Made by a program: the position numbers and the translations under genes
From: Patellaria atrata CBS 101060
Lineage: Eukaryota
Assembly: GCA_010093705.1 (NCBI GenBank)
Contig: MU006117.1
Location: 201,707-239,820 of the forward strand
DNA: 38,114 bases
Reading direction: 5' to 3'
Part shown: positions 12,994 through 23,105 of the stretch, piece after piece
How the letters are laid out: every line of letters begins with the position of its first letter
Numbering within the stretch: position 1 is the stretch's first letter
The notes under the pieces: model-generated
Database searches by the model: none
The model's input: the letters and a program-made list of their open reading frames with translations, nothing else
What the model was told of the DNA's origin: nothing

Positions 12994-15272
12994 TCACGCA
13001 GGTGCAACAACCGCGCTTCCCGAACTGCTGCTCTCAAACTGTCTACTCTTCCTATTCGCCTTCTTCCTCTGCTTCTCTTTCTCCTTCTCCTCCTTCTCTT
13101 TCTCCCTCTCCTTTTCCTTCTCCGTTGCACTTTGGGTCGCGAAATCCTTCCACTTGCGCCAACCGTCGAAATCGATGAGGGCTTGCATGCAGCCCCACTC
13201 TTTTACTTTCCGCTCGAGCCAGACGAAAGAGACGGGCTAAAAAAAAAAACCACTTAGCTAACATTCTCTTTGAGAAACCCGGGAGGGATTATTAAGCGGT
13301 TAGGGAGAGGAGGGAAACGCACCTTTGTCAAGAAATCATTACACCCAGCCGCCAGCGCCTCGTGTCGATCACTCTGCAGCGAACTCGCCGTCAGCGCCAC
13401 AATGATGACCGGGCTCTTGAACAGGAGCTCATCACCGAGCTTATCCTCCCCCTTCAGCTCTCCATTGACTTCAGGGGTCGAGCTACTCGCATGACTAAAT
13501 ACACCGATGCTGTTAACCTTTTCGAGTCGCCTTATCTCCTTCGTCGCTTCTAGACCGGACATAATGGGTAGCTGGATGTCCATAAGTACCAGATGAAAAC
13601 CACCAGTACGCCACTTCGTCACGGCTTCCCGCCCATTAACGGCAGTTTGCCATCGAACGTTCAGCCGTCTCATAAACTGTTCCAGCAGCTTAAGATTGAT
13701 GTTGTTGTCTTCAACGATGAGAACATTGATAGGAGGGACGGTGTCTGCGAGAAGGGCGGAGGGGAGAGTCAGATGTTCACCTTCAGCATTCGTGTTTTGC
13801 TTCCGGCTTCGTTTCTTTGTGGGATTTGGGGAGGAGACTCGTGGCGTGGAGGGTGCGGATGATTGTTTCTGAACTGTGGTGGGCACTTCTGGGATCGGCG
13901 GTGTAGGGAGCGGTGGGGCTTGAGCAGCTCCTAAGTGAGGGTGGTCCGACGCGGCGGAGTCTTGTCGTGGTCGGCTAGGACGTGCTGGGAGATGGGTTGA
14001 ACTCGCTGCGGCGGAGGGTCCTTGGATGATGTTCGTCGGCGAAGATGTATGTTGTCTAGGATATTTTGGACGATGTTGATGTAGTCGACGGGTGCCACCT
14101 GGAGAGGGTAGTGCAGGGACGTGTCCCGTAGTTAAGACCGCCATTGCACGTTCGTGTGCATGGGACGCTCTACTCTCATGGGAAGCAGATGTGAGTGCAG
14201 CGGGAGAAGCTGCACCGCCATTCATAGGCGGAAAATAATCAGTACCACTCTCCATCGGCCTGTCATCTTGGATGTAATAACCCACATGGTGCTGATGGAT
14301 AGCCCTGGGTGATGGTTTTGGAGTCCGTCTCTGCGGCACGTCAATGATCAATGCCTCGTCCACCATCTGTCCGCCCGGGTAATAAGCATCTAGTGTCCTG
14401 CATATGTCTTCTTCGGGTCCTAAAGGTCTCCCTACAGTTCCCTGTGCTTGTTCCCTTGCTACGATGCGAATGGTAACATCTGGGGAGTCGAAGCTCCGTC
14501 CTAATGAGTTGGCATATTTTCTCAGGATCAAATCCCGCACGTCATCTACCAAATCGTCCTCCTTGACCATCACCAGCGTCGGGGAACCCCCTGTTCTTTT
14601 AACCCATATCTTTCTGTGCAGCATATTGGCGCTTAAAGTAGGAGGACCGCCGCTGAAGTAGTCCTGACTGTCGCCCGTCGCAGGTCTCTTGGCGTCACTA
14701 GCAAGCAGTGTTTTGATAAATCGTTGATTCGAGTCTGCCACTAAGGACTGCCTCCGAAAGTTATTCGGGCGGCCTCGTGGAGATAATGGAGCAGAAGGAA
14801 GAGGTCCAGCCTGGTCGCTATCTGGAGATGGTGCAGTTAACAGCTCCTTTAGTTGGGGTTTCTCGAAGGCTTCGGGAGTAGGCTCTTCCAGAGTCACGGC
14901 GGGAGAGATGTTTCGCTTATCCGGAGATGGCAGCGAGTGTAAGCTGCTGTCGATAGTCTGAGGTTCTCTCGAGTTCAGACTTTCTGTCCTACGGCTCGCG
15001 ATCCTCTTTGATGGACAAGGTTGACCAGACTCATCTTCTCCTTCCGGTGAAAGACCGGGAGAATCAACTTCCTCCTGTATCGATTCGTTTCCAGCGTGTT
15101 GTGGGCGCAAGGAGGGGGTGGTATCTCTCAGTTCGGTCAGGGAGGTTGAATGTTTGGAATGGCGGCTCGGGGCGGTTCCCGTAAAAGAAACGTTAGAATT
15201 GGCGGACGTGGTGGAACTCCTCCGAAGCAACTTTGCTCTCACGCTGCTCAGTTTTGTCTTCAGATCACCCAT
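12994..15272 (-). CDS. SSK1: Two-component response regulator Ssk1/SskA (HOG pathway), ~730 aa; exons 15272-13323 and 13236-12994
   Basis: N-terminal conserved block RKIWVKRTGGSPTLV...DDVRDLILRKYANSLGRSFDSPD. Receiver domain INVLIVEDNNINL...LVLMDIQLP...IVALTASSLQSDRHEALAAGCNDFLTK. An 86-nt intron at 13322-13237 (GTGCGT...GCTAAG...TTAG) restores PVSFVWLERKVKEWGCMQALIDFDGWRKWK, the typical Ssk1 C-terminus. Confidence 0.96.
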
Positions 15273-16774
15273 ACCGCCTCTTCTATCCTTTGCACCTTCG
15301 TCTTCAACTCGAATACCCCCGTGCAGACAAAGCTGCGTCCGAGGGGAATCGAAAATGATAGCCAGGACGGAAAACTGGGCCCAGCTGTAAGTAGCTCAAT
15401 TGGAGAAAACTGGGGCTGGGGTTCGCTTCGGGTTGCAGATAACGGTATGCGCGTCGGTTTAAACGTTTGGATCCGCTTGTAAAGGACAAAAGACCAAGAA
15501 TTAACAACAGTAAAACAGATGCAAAGGAGTGTCGAAGAGTGAGAAGAATTAGAAAGGATGTATGAGGACTAGAATTGAAAGATGAGGGAGAAGGGAAGAA
15601 GAAAGAAGATGATGGGTTGATAAAGCGGAAAGTTCATCAAGGTGAGGGTGAGAGTTGGTGTGGCTTGTTCAAAAGTCCTGGCAAACCCCCCGGCTCTGCC
15701 CAAATTCTTCGCCACAAAGGCCTTAAAAAACGCGTCCGCGCCTCGGGTATCGCTTACAGCAGAAACACTTTCCAATTTGATAATACGCGTCTTATTAACT
15801 ATTTAATTCTCTTCTTACAATCGTCTTCCAAATCTTTAATCTCATATATCTCTCAAGTTCTATCATACAGCCCAGAGCTGAACATCCAGATCATCGCCCC
15901 CTAGCTGCCCAAACGCGCACATCATAGACAACAGCTCACCCAAACCTCACCTCATCCCTATCAAGAAAACGGAAACAGCACTAACTTTGCAGCGATCATC
16001 TATCATCTGCCAGTTGTCAACGCGCATCATGTCAGTATATTTCGCCTCATCATACGAGATGTGCAAAAAGTAAACTTGTCTTACGAAATACATGCAGTTG
16101 AGCTGTAAGGGTTGACGGTGGGGAGCATGCTGATCGCGGACGTTGTGCCGATATCAAGCATCTGAAAAAACACTTCTGTACTTAGAGCGGAACTATACGG
16201 TAAATCATGAGAAGATCATCGAGTTGAAAGTTAGGAAGACGTGTCTTAAAGAAGCAACATGATATGTTAATTGAGAAATAGTTATATGAAGTCATGTACT
16301 GGTATCACTATACGACAAGTCTATCAGATATGCTACAAAGGAAATTCACACCACGTACAGAGAGACCCATCCGAGGGTTAAAAATAATGATAGGGGAGGT
16401 TCTCAATATCACGCAATATCGCCATCCGCAGCTTCCTGATTGTAGAGCAAGACGGTACTGTTGTTCCCCCGGCCCTCTCCGTACAAAGCATGTTGGTCTG
16501 AAAAGCACTGATATGCTTCAGCTACGGTACGACCATGAGCAGTTGTACTGTATATACTATCGAGAAAGTTTTATTAGGTTTGTACGGCACAATACGTATC
16601 GTACTTGCTTCTCAGTAGTCGTCATTGTGGAACCTTGTGTACAGACCCAAGATACTATATCTATCCATCAAGTAACAAGAGTCCTCTGTGGAACTCCCTT
16701 ATGCAACTCAGCATCTAAGACGTCCATAACCGTGAATAAAGATGAACAAACCCCCGGTTTACGGATACTTCTCA

Positions 16775-18428
16775 TCACCTCCCGATCCATCCCTCCGTCT
16801 CATCGATAAACCGAGACCTCTCAGAAATTTCGTGCATCCTACGCTGCTGGATATCTTTTTTTATTTGCGCCTCGTCATGGAAGCCATACTTCCGCAATAT
16901 ATCCACGATATTCATGTTTCCTGCGCATACTGCCACCGTCGTAATCTTCCCCATTATTTCCCGCGTTTTTACTCTGTCGTCCACAAATTCCTCTATTAAA
17001 AGCTCAACCACGCTCTCGAGCCCCACTTACGCCGCAGCCATGACAGCGTCCCATTTTGTCTCTCGCTTATCATTCAGAATACCCCGTGTCAGCATCCAGC
17101 TTAGCACGTGTGTACGTCCCGCTATTGTAGCCGCATGAAATGCTTCCTGGGCTCTAGGAACGGTTCGAAGGCCAGGGTTAGTTTTCAGAACCGCATCGAG
17201 CAACACTTCCAGGACTGGAGTGTGGTCATTTTTAGCTGCTAGCTCAAGGGCTTCTCGGAGAGGGAAGAACTCATCCCTTTCGAGTTCAACGCCGAGAGAG
17301 AGCAAATACTGGACTGTACTAACGCGCCCTGCTTCACACGCGCGGCCAAGAAGGGTAAGGTGCACAAAACGGTATAGATAATTTAGCGGAGCGTTGATGT
17401 CGATGGTCTTCCAAGCGTAGGGATCATCCCGAGTCTTCATCAGCCCAAGTGGTTGGCGTTGAGAAGTAAACCGAGAACGGCGGGAGGTAGGCGAGGAGGA
17501 GTTCAAGTTTACCTGTCTCAATCGCGGTAACGATAGGTTTGACACGTCCAGCATCCTTCATTGGTCCCATTTGGCGTTGTTTGGACGAGACGAACAAGTT
17601 CGGTAGATCCGTACCATGGTGTTATAAAGAAGAATTCCTTCAGCTGCAAAGGGGTTAATGAGAACTCAAATGAGAAAAGATAGTCCAAGATCTCTGCACG
17701 GCCATACTCAGTAGCAAGCTCATACAATTCGGATATTGATACATGGATATTAGATCCGTGCGACATCATGAACTTGAAGGCCTTGTCTTGTCCACCTATT
17801 ATAGCAGCATGGAGGGGCTGGGGGAAAGAACTCGCTACCGGGTATGAATGACTGTGACCAAGAAGGGCAAACATAGAAGATATCGAGCCCATAAAAGAAC
17901 CAACTGAGAGCACATGATGGAACGTCCTTGGATGAACTTCCTCTTCTTTCAGATGAAAATGCGCACCTTGTCCCGCCGGCTTCTTTAGCTCCTCGAATGT
18001 TCTTGACCCAGGGGTATGAGCCACGAGCTCACACACTGGTAACAGAAATGCTTGCAATGGTAGCTCGAACCTGGAATGCAGATAGTTGAGAAGTTTGACC
18101 GGATCACGGACGGCGTAGATGAGACCATTACACTTTTCAGGTTGTCGTACCCAAGACTGAATTAGCCTTGCGGCGTAGGTGGACCTCATATATATGGCAC
18201 GCGGGTACTTGGACGTCATCAAGATGTCATACTTGTATATGGGGAATATCGCGTTGAGAAATTCTCGATCGAAAGTTCCTGTCTCATTAGCGTTCACGCA
18301 ACAAACTCAACCGAACAGGACTTATCGCAAACGCTCCTCAACCTTGCTGCATTATAAATGCCCACTTCTGTGACAACAAGGTCCGTAATATCCTGGAAAA
18401 GCTCCAGAGGTAAGTCGAATAGATGCAT
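16775..18428 (-). pseudogene. Disabled F-box-like N-terminus + ankyrin-repeat protein
   Basis: Start MHLFDLPLELFQDI...LRSVC is F-box-like. Ankyrin-like units: PLHAAIIGGQDKAFKFMM, LATEYGRAEILDYL, PIVTAIETGKLELLL, LLGRACEAGRVSTVQYLL, ALELAAKNDHTPVLEVLL, AFHAATIAGRTHVLSWML, AVMAAA*VGLESVVELL, VAVCAGNMNIVDIL. Lesions: ATAAGT in place of a GT donor at 18325, frameshifts near 17583 and 17430, in-frame TAA at 17029-17027. Confidence 0.78.
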
Positions 18429-18747
18429 GGTGTTTGTGGCTATGTTTCCCTCCTGACGTATATTGCTGCGAAGATGTTGAGACATTTGCAGAGATGGATG
18501 TTTGGTGCCCCTGAACAGCTATTGGCTCTGCCGAGCTTTTGACAGAAGTGTGCAAATAGTGTCCCAGGTCAAAATTCAATGTTAATAACTACGAGTTGCG
18601 ATATAAGGTCAAGATAGTTTGTGAAAAAACGGTTGCTACATATATGAATGAACAAAAGTGCTATCTGAATCTTGACTTCAAAAGAGTAGTGCGATATTCT
18701 CTGATCTGCCTCTACTCGCGCGTGATATTGCATCATGGTGGGCTCCT

Positions 18748-20385
18748 CTAAACTGACTCAATTTGCCTTGAGCCGATATCAGGCTTCTTCTCGGACACGC
18801 TCGCAAGCCTGCTATCGGGATCAAATTCACCCTCAGATATCCCCACGTGAGACTCACGGTAAGCATCTAACTCTTTTGCCCTGAACATGTTAAGGTAGAT
18901 CGGAAAGCTCCACGCGACGAGGAAGAAAGCCAAAGGAACGACCATGGCTTTTCTGGTGCCTATCCTATCAGCGACATTACCCAAAATAGCTGGCACGACG
19001 GCACCACCACACACTGAGGCAACGAGGAAAGAAGCGCCCCGTTTAGTATGACGACCAAGCCCACGAAGAGAGAGTGCAAAGATGGTGGGGAAGATATAAC
19101 TCTCGAAGAAGAGCACGATCATGAGCATGGAGAGCCCGCCCCAGTTAGGCCTGATGCTGGCGCCAGTATCAACCGCTATAGCCGCGATGATGAATATCAT
19201 GATCATGGTCTGGTATGCAAGAAGAATCCAGTGTGGTTTCGTAATGTACATGAGACCAGCGGCAGAAAAACGACCAATGGCGAAAAGTCCCTGAGCGATT
19301 GCATAGTAATTGCTACCTTCATGGTGTGATTCGAGAACCGGCTTATCAGGACGAGCTTGAGCATAATAGTTAATAAAGTAGCTAGCGATGCCTACTTGCC
19401 CACCGACATACGAGAATTGAGCAAGCGTTCCGAAGAAAAGCGTGGTCTGTTTTCTAAAGGGCTGGAAGGGGGAGTTAGTCAAAATAAGGAGAAATTGCAC
19501 GAGTACACAGGAGAATGGTGAGACTCACTTTATCAACATATCCAGTGGTAGCAGTAGTCATCTCGGCTTGATCAGCCATATCGGCATCGGTAATTTCAGG
19601 AATAGGCGCAAAATAGAACACAATTGCTAGGAGACCGACGAACACAGCAATACCGAGATAGACGTATTGAACCGCATCTAAGGACTTGCCATCGGCACCG
19701 ACGTTCTTAAAGATGACATAACTGGCTAAGACAGGAGCGACAACTGAGCCAACAGCCTGGAATGACTGAGATAGCTCAAGACGGAATTCTGACCACTTTG
19801 GAGGACCGCACACCGCGATGTATGGGTTGGCGGATGTTTCGAGTGTAGAGAGGCCACTGCCAACGACGAACATGCTACCGCAAAATCCACCAAAGGAGCA
19901 TTCACTGCGGAGAGCCAAAACATCAAGGCTCCGACGCAGTAAATGCCAAGACCGAGCATGAACGTAAATCGATATCCGAATTTACGCACAAACCAGCCAG
20001 AGTATGTAAGAGGGCCAATGAAACAAGCGCTAGATATGGTCAGTTACGGCTAGAAAAAGGGGATTTCTGAAGCTCACCCAAAGTACGAAGCTTGAAGACC
20101 GGAGGACATGCCCTGGCTGATATCCAATGCAACCTTGAAGCGGGAATTGAGAACATCCAGTAGCCCGTATGCAAAGCCCCAAAGGAAGAAGAGCAAGGTA
20201 ATGAGAGTTACGGGGATGATAGATTGGCGAGTGGTAAGTTGAGAAGCACCTGTGACTACTTTGTCACTGATGCTCTTGCGGCGTCCATCAATAGCAACGG
20301 CTTCCGCCGCCGATGGTCGTCGGTCTTGCTGAGCGTGGATCTCCTCTAACATAGGTTCTTCCTTTCTAAAAAGGTTGAGACCCAT
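18748..20385 (-). pseudogene. MFS L-fucose/glucose/galactose permease (FucP-like) with a 1-nt frameshift
   Basis: Motifs LFFLWGFAYGLLDVLN, GSGLSTLETSANPY, RLELSQSFQAVGSVVAP, AQFSYVGGQV, FFESxIFPTIFALSLRGLGRHTKRG, GGAVVP. Introns 20077-20030 and 19528-19462 are both GTGAG...AG with branch sites. The frame breaks near 19900 (GCA GTG AA^TGC TCC TTT GGT, WLSAV to SFGGFCG) with no intron signals. A sequencing error cannot be excluded. Confidence 0.8.
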
Positions 20386-20515
20386 CGTTGATAGCTGAAT
20401 ATGAGCGGAAAGTGGAGTATCAGATGGAGAAAACAAATCGATGTGAGAGTTTTATGGTAGAAATGTGCTGGAGATTAGAACTGATGATGCTGAATTCGAA
20501 AGAGATATCTGAGAG

Positions 20516-20522
20516 ATTTATA
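20516..20522 (-). promoter_or_regulatory. Putative TATA box (TATAAAT) of the MFS gene
   Basis: TATAAAT on the minus strand ~130 nt upstream of the ATG at 20385, followed by a pyrimidine-rich leader. Confidence 0.4.
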
Positions 20523-22853
20523 CTTCAGAGCGACCTACCGCAGACCCTTCCTGATAAGATCTACTCCTAAGTTCTATCTCCAGACCTACGACTTTTCACT
20601 ACAGCTGAATACCTCACAGAGATCTCGAGGTATGCTCGAGATAGTCCAGTTATCGGACCGTGGTTTGCCCGATCAACCCAGTAGAAGCATCTTGACCCGG
20701 TTCAGCCATCTGCTTACCTTGACGATTGGATCCCTATTACATGCATATGTAGTGGTGTAGGGCGGGGATGAGTTACGCTGGTATGCCAACGTTACGGATG
20801 CGGTGGGGAATAGCACGACAGGGCCTTTCGCATGATGGCTTGAGACCAGGCCATGTTGCCCAGCAAGGATTGCCTCAACACATTGCTGTCGTATGCCTTT
20901 TGATGCCGGATCTGGAGAGAATATACTCCTCGGCGTTATAGTAGGGCAAGTCATCACGAAAGCGCACAAGCTGTTAGTGTTGATGGTTGAATTGTGACTA
21001 GAAGGTTGCAGAAAATTTGTTTCGCGCTGGCATGATGAGATTGACAGGACGAGAGTATGAGGCCTGTGCACATCTGAACCTAATCCATCTCAAGCTAGTC
21101 AAGATCAGGTGGTCGATCTGAATGGACGATCAATGCTTGAAGGGCTTTCAGTACCAAGCCACTGGTTCACCACTCTCTCAACGTCATATGTGCACGCTGT
21201 AAGTCCATCCATCCCATCAACTAGAAAAGTTGTCGCGTGAATTCGAATAGTCAGGGGTCGCCATAAGGACGTCGATAGATTCCATTGCTTTGATAACTAC
21301 TCCTGATCAAAAGCCATGGTTTGGGGAGTAGAATATCTCTATCCTACCAGTCCCTCAGCTCCTCATACGCCACTGTAGGATATGTTCACGGCCTTCATCG
21401 GCATGATGCCTTTGGGTAACACCTCCAAAATGCGGCTTGACCGAACGGTTCTTATCCTCATTCGACAAGGACTTCTGCACATGGTCTAACTTCTCCTGGG
21501 GCAAGACAGCCACAGTTAATTCTAGTAACCATTATTCTTCGGTAATTTCATTCTTGATATCTACCGCTTCAGCTTAGTTAAACCTAGATATAGAAGAGAT
21601 AGGGCGAGACCATGGTCTACGGAGAAATACTAACTGAAGTTCCTACATTAGTGTCTCCTACATCCTCTTATGGCCGAAGCTTTACCGTCCGTTAGAATCT
21701 GCTTTCAGTTGGAACTGCCTCTGCAGTAAATCCCCGCATTCTCTTGTGCTAGAACTATCGCAAACGGCATTATTTCGGCAACTGAGATCGAAACCCCGTA
21801 AGAACACATTCACCTGAGAGGTTGCAGATCTGTTCATGCTGCTGTAAGAGGTAAAGTCTGCTTTGACTCTCCAATGAGAGCACTGAATAGAAAATCTTCT
21901 AGAACCACGCTAGAAGCTTTTGTTGAGCCGCACTGACCACCATATCAGAGGCGCTAGCCGAAGATATCCCCCCTTGCCCCCTTAACTCCTTGCTATTCTT
22001 GCCGACTGCATGCAGGAGGGCTGCATAGTCTGGCCTGCATTGTGTTGGGCAAGCGATCTACGCCTCATATCTTTATGATATATCGCTCATTGTAATGAGT
22101 TCGGCGAGTAAAACCTTCTCAGGGAGTTGCTTTCCACTGCAACTAAAGGCAATTTCTGAATCAGACCAAGAAATTCTGTCAGAGATATTGTAGGGCTGAT
22201 ATGTACGTGGAGATTGACCATATGAGCTAGTGATAGCTGGTTCAGAAGAGACGGTGTGATGAAACCAACGGTAAGATGATTCGAGGTTTAGAATGAATTT
22301 GATTATGACCTCTACTTGACTCCTATCTCTTTCCGAGCAAATTGACTAATATGAAGAACATCGTCGAATTGAAGCTAGGAAAAGTAGAAATAACAATCAG
22401 GAAATCTATACGGGGTATCATTGATGGAAGAGAACAAGAATCTAGCGATTGAACAACAGCGAGTAATAAAATTGAAGGCAACTGACAAATCAGGATTCTC
22501 TACTGAAAACAGTAGCAGAAGCCAGGGGTCGAAGAAAGATGAATCGAATAGTGTTAACACAATTCAAGAAACGAAGGGGATATACCAAGCTGACAAAAAC
22601 TGAAGGATAATGCTAGCAATGTCTGCATTTATCTTAGCACCCACCAAAAAACCAAAAGAAAGTAGAGATTGGAAAGAAACGCTTAATGAGAGAGATGTTC
22701 AGTCCCAAATTGAGAGGTAAACCGGCCGCTCAGCATGAATTAAAGTGTGTAGACTGAGCTTGACTCTCCGGAGCTTATTGAAAGTCCCTGTCCTCATCGA
22801 ATCAGAATATTATCATGAATATGAAGAGTGCTACAGGAAAAATCTTACATTGT

Positions 22854-23105
22854 CTAAGTTTCTTCATGATGGGTATTGCTTTTGTGACCCATCCATCCAA
22901 CAGTTGAGCTATCATGAGATTGGAACGGGCCTCCCAAACTTTCCCCATAGACCATAGTGCAACACGTTCCGCCATAGAGGGAATTGTGCTCGTGGTTACA
23001 ATTCATACAGATGATAGTAAGAGCGGATTGTTCGACGCCACCACATTGACAACACTTCCAGGTGCCATCGTTTCGATGAGTTCGAGGGCCGGAATAGGAT
23101 GCCAT
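22854..23105 (-). CDS. Small Cys-rich putative zinc-ribbon protein (W-x-C-C-x-C...C-x2-C-x-H...C-C), 83 aa
   Basis: ATG-started ORF containing GTWKCCQCGG-x9-CMNCNHEH...TCC. Candidate 5'-UTR intron 23267-23126 (CAG/GTGAGT...TTGAC...TACAG) and TATAAAA at 23440-23434. Confidence 0.62.
   Translation of the reverse strand: MASYSGPRTHRNDGTWKCCQCGGVEQSALTIICMNCNHEHNSLYGGTCCTMVYGESLGGPFQSHDSSTVGWMGHKSNTHHEET

Noticed and set aside
16294..16809. 171-aa plus-strand ORF
   Set aside because: No motif, and it overlaps the 3' end of the ankyrin pseudogene antisense; probably a chance ORF.
22250..22620. Purine-rich, coding-like plus-strand stretch (60-aa ORF 22421-22603)
   Set aside because: Could be a relic, but it is too short and featureless to support a call.
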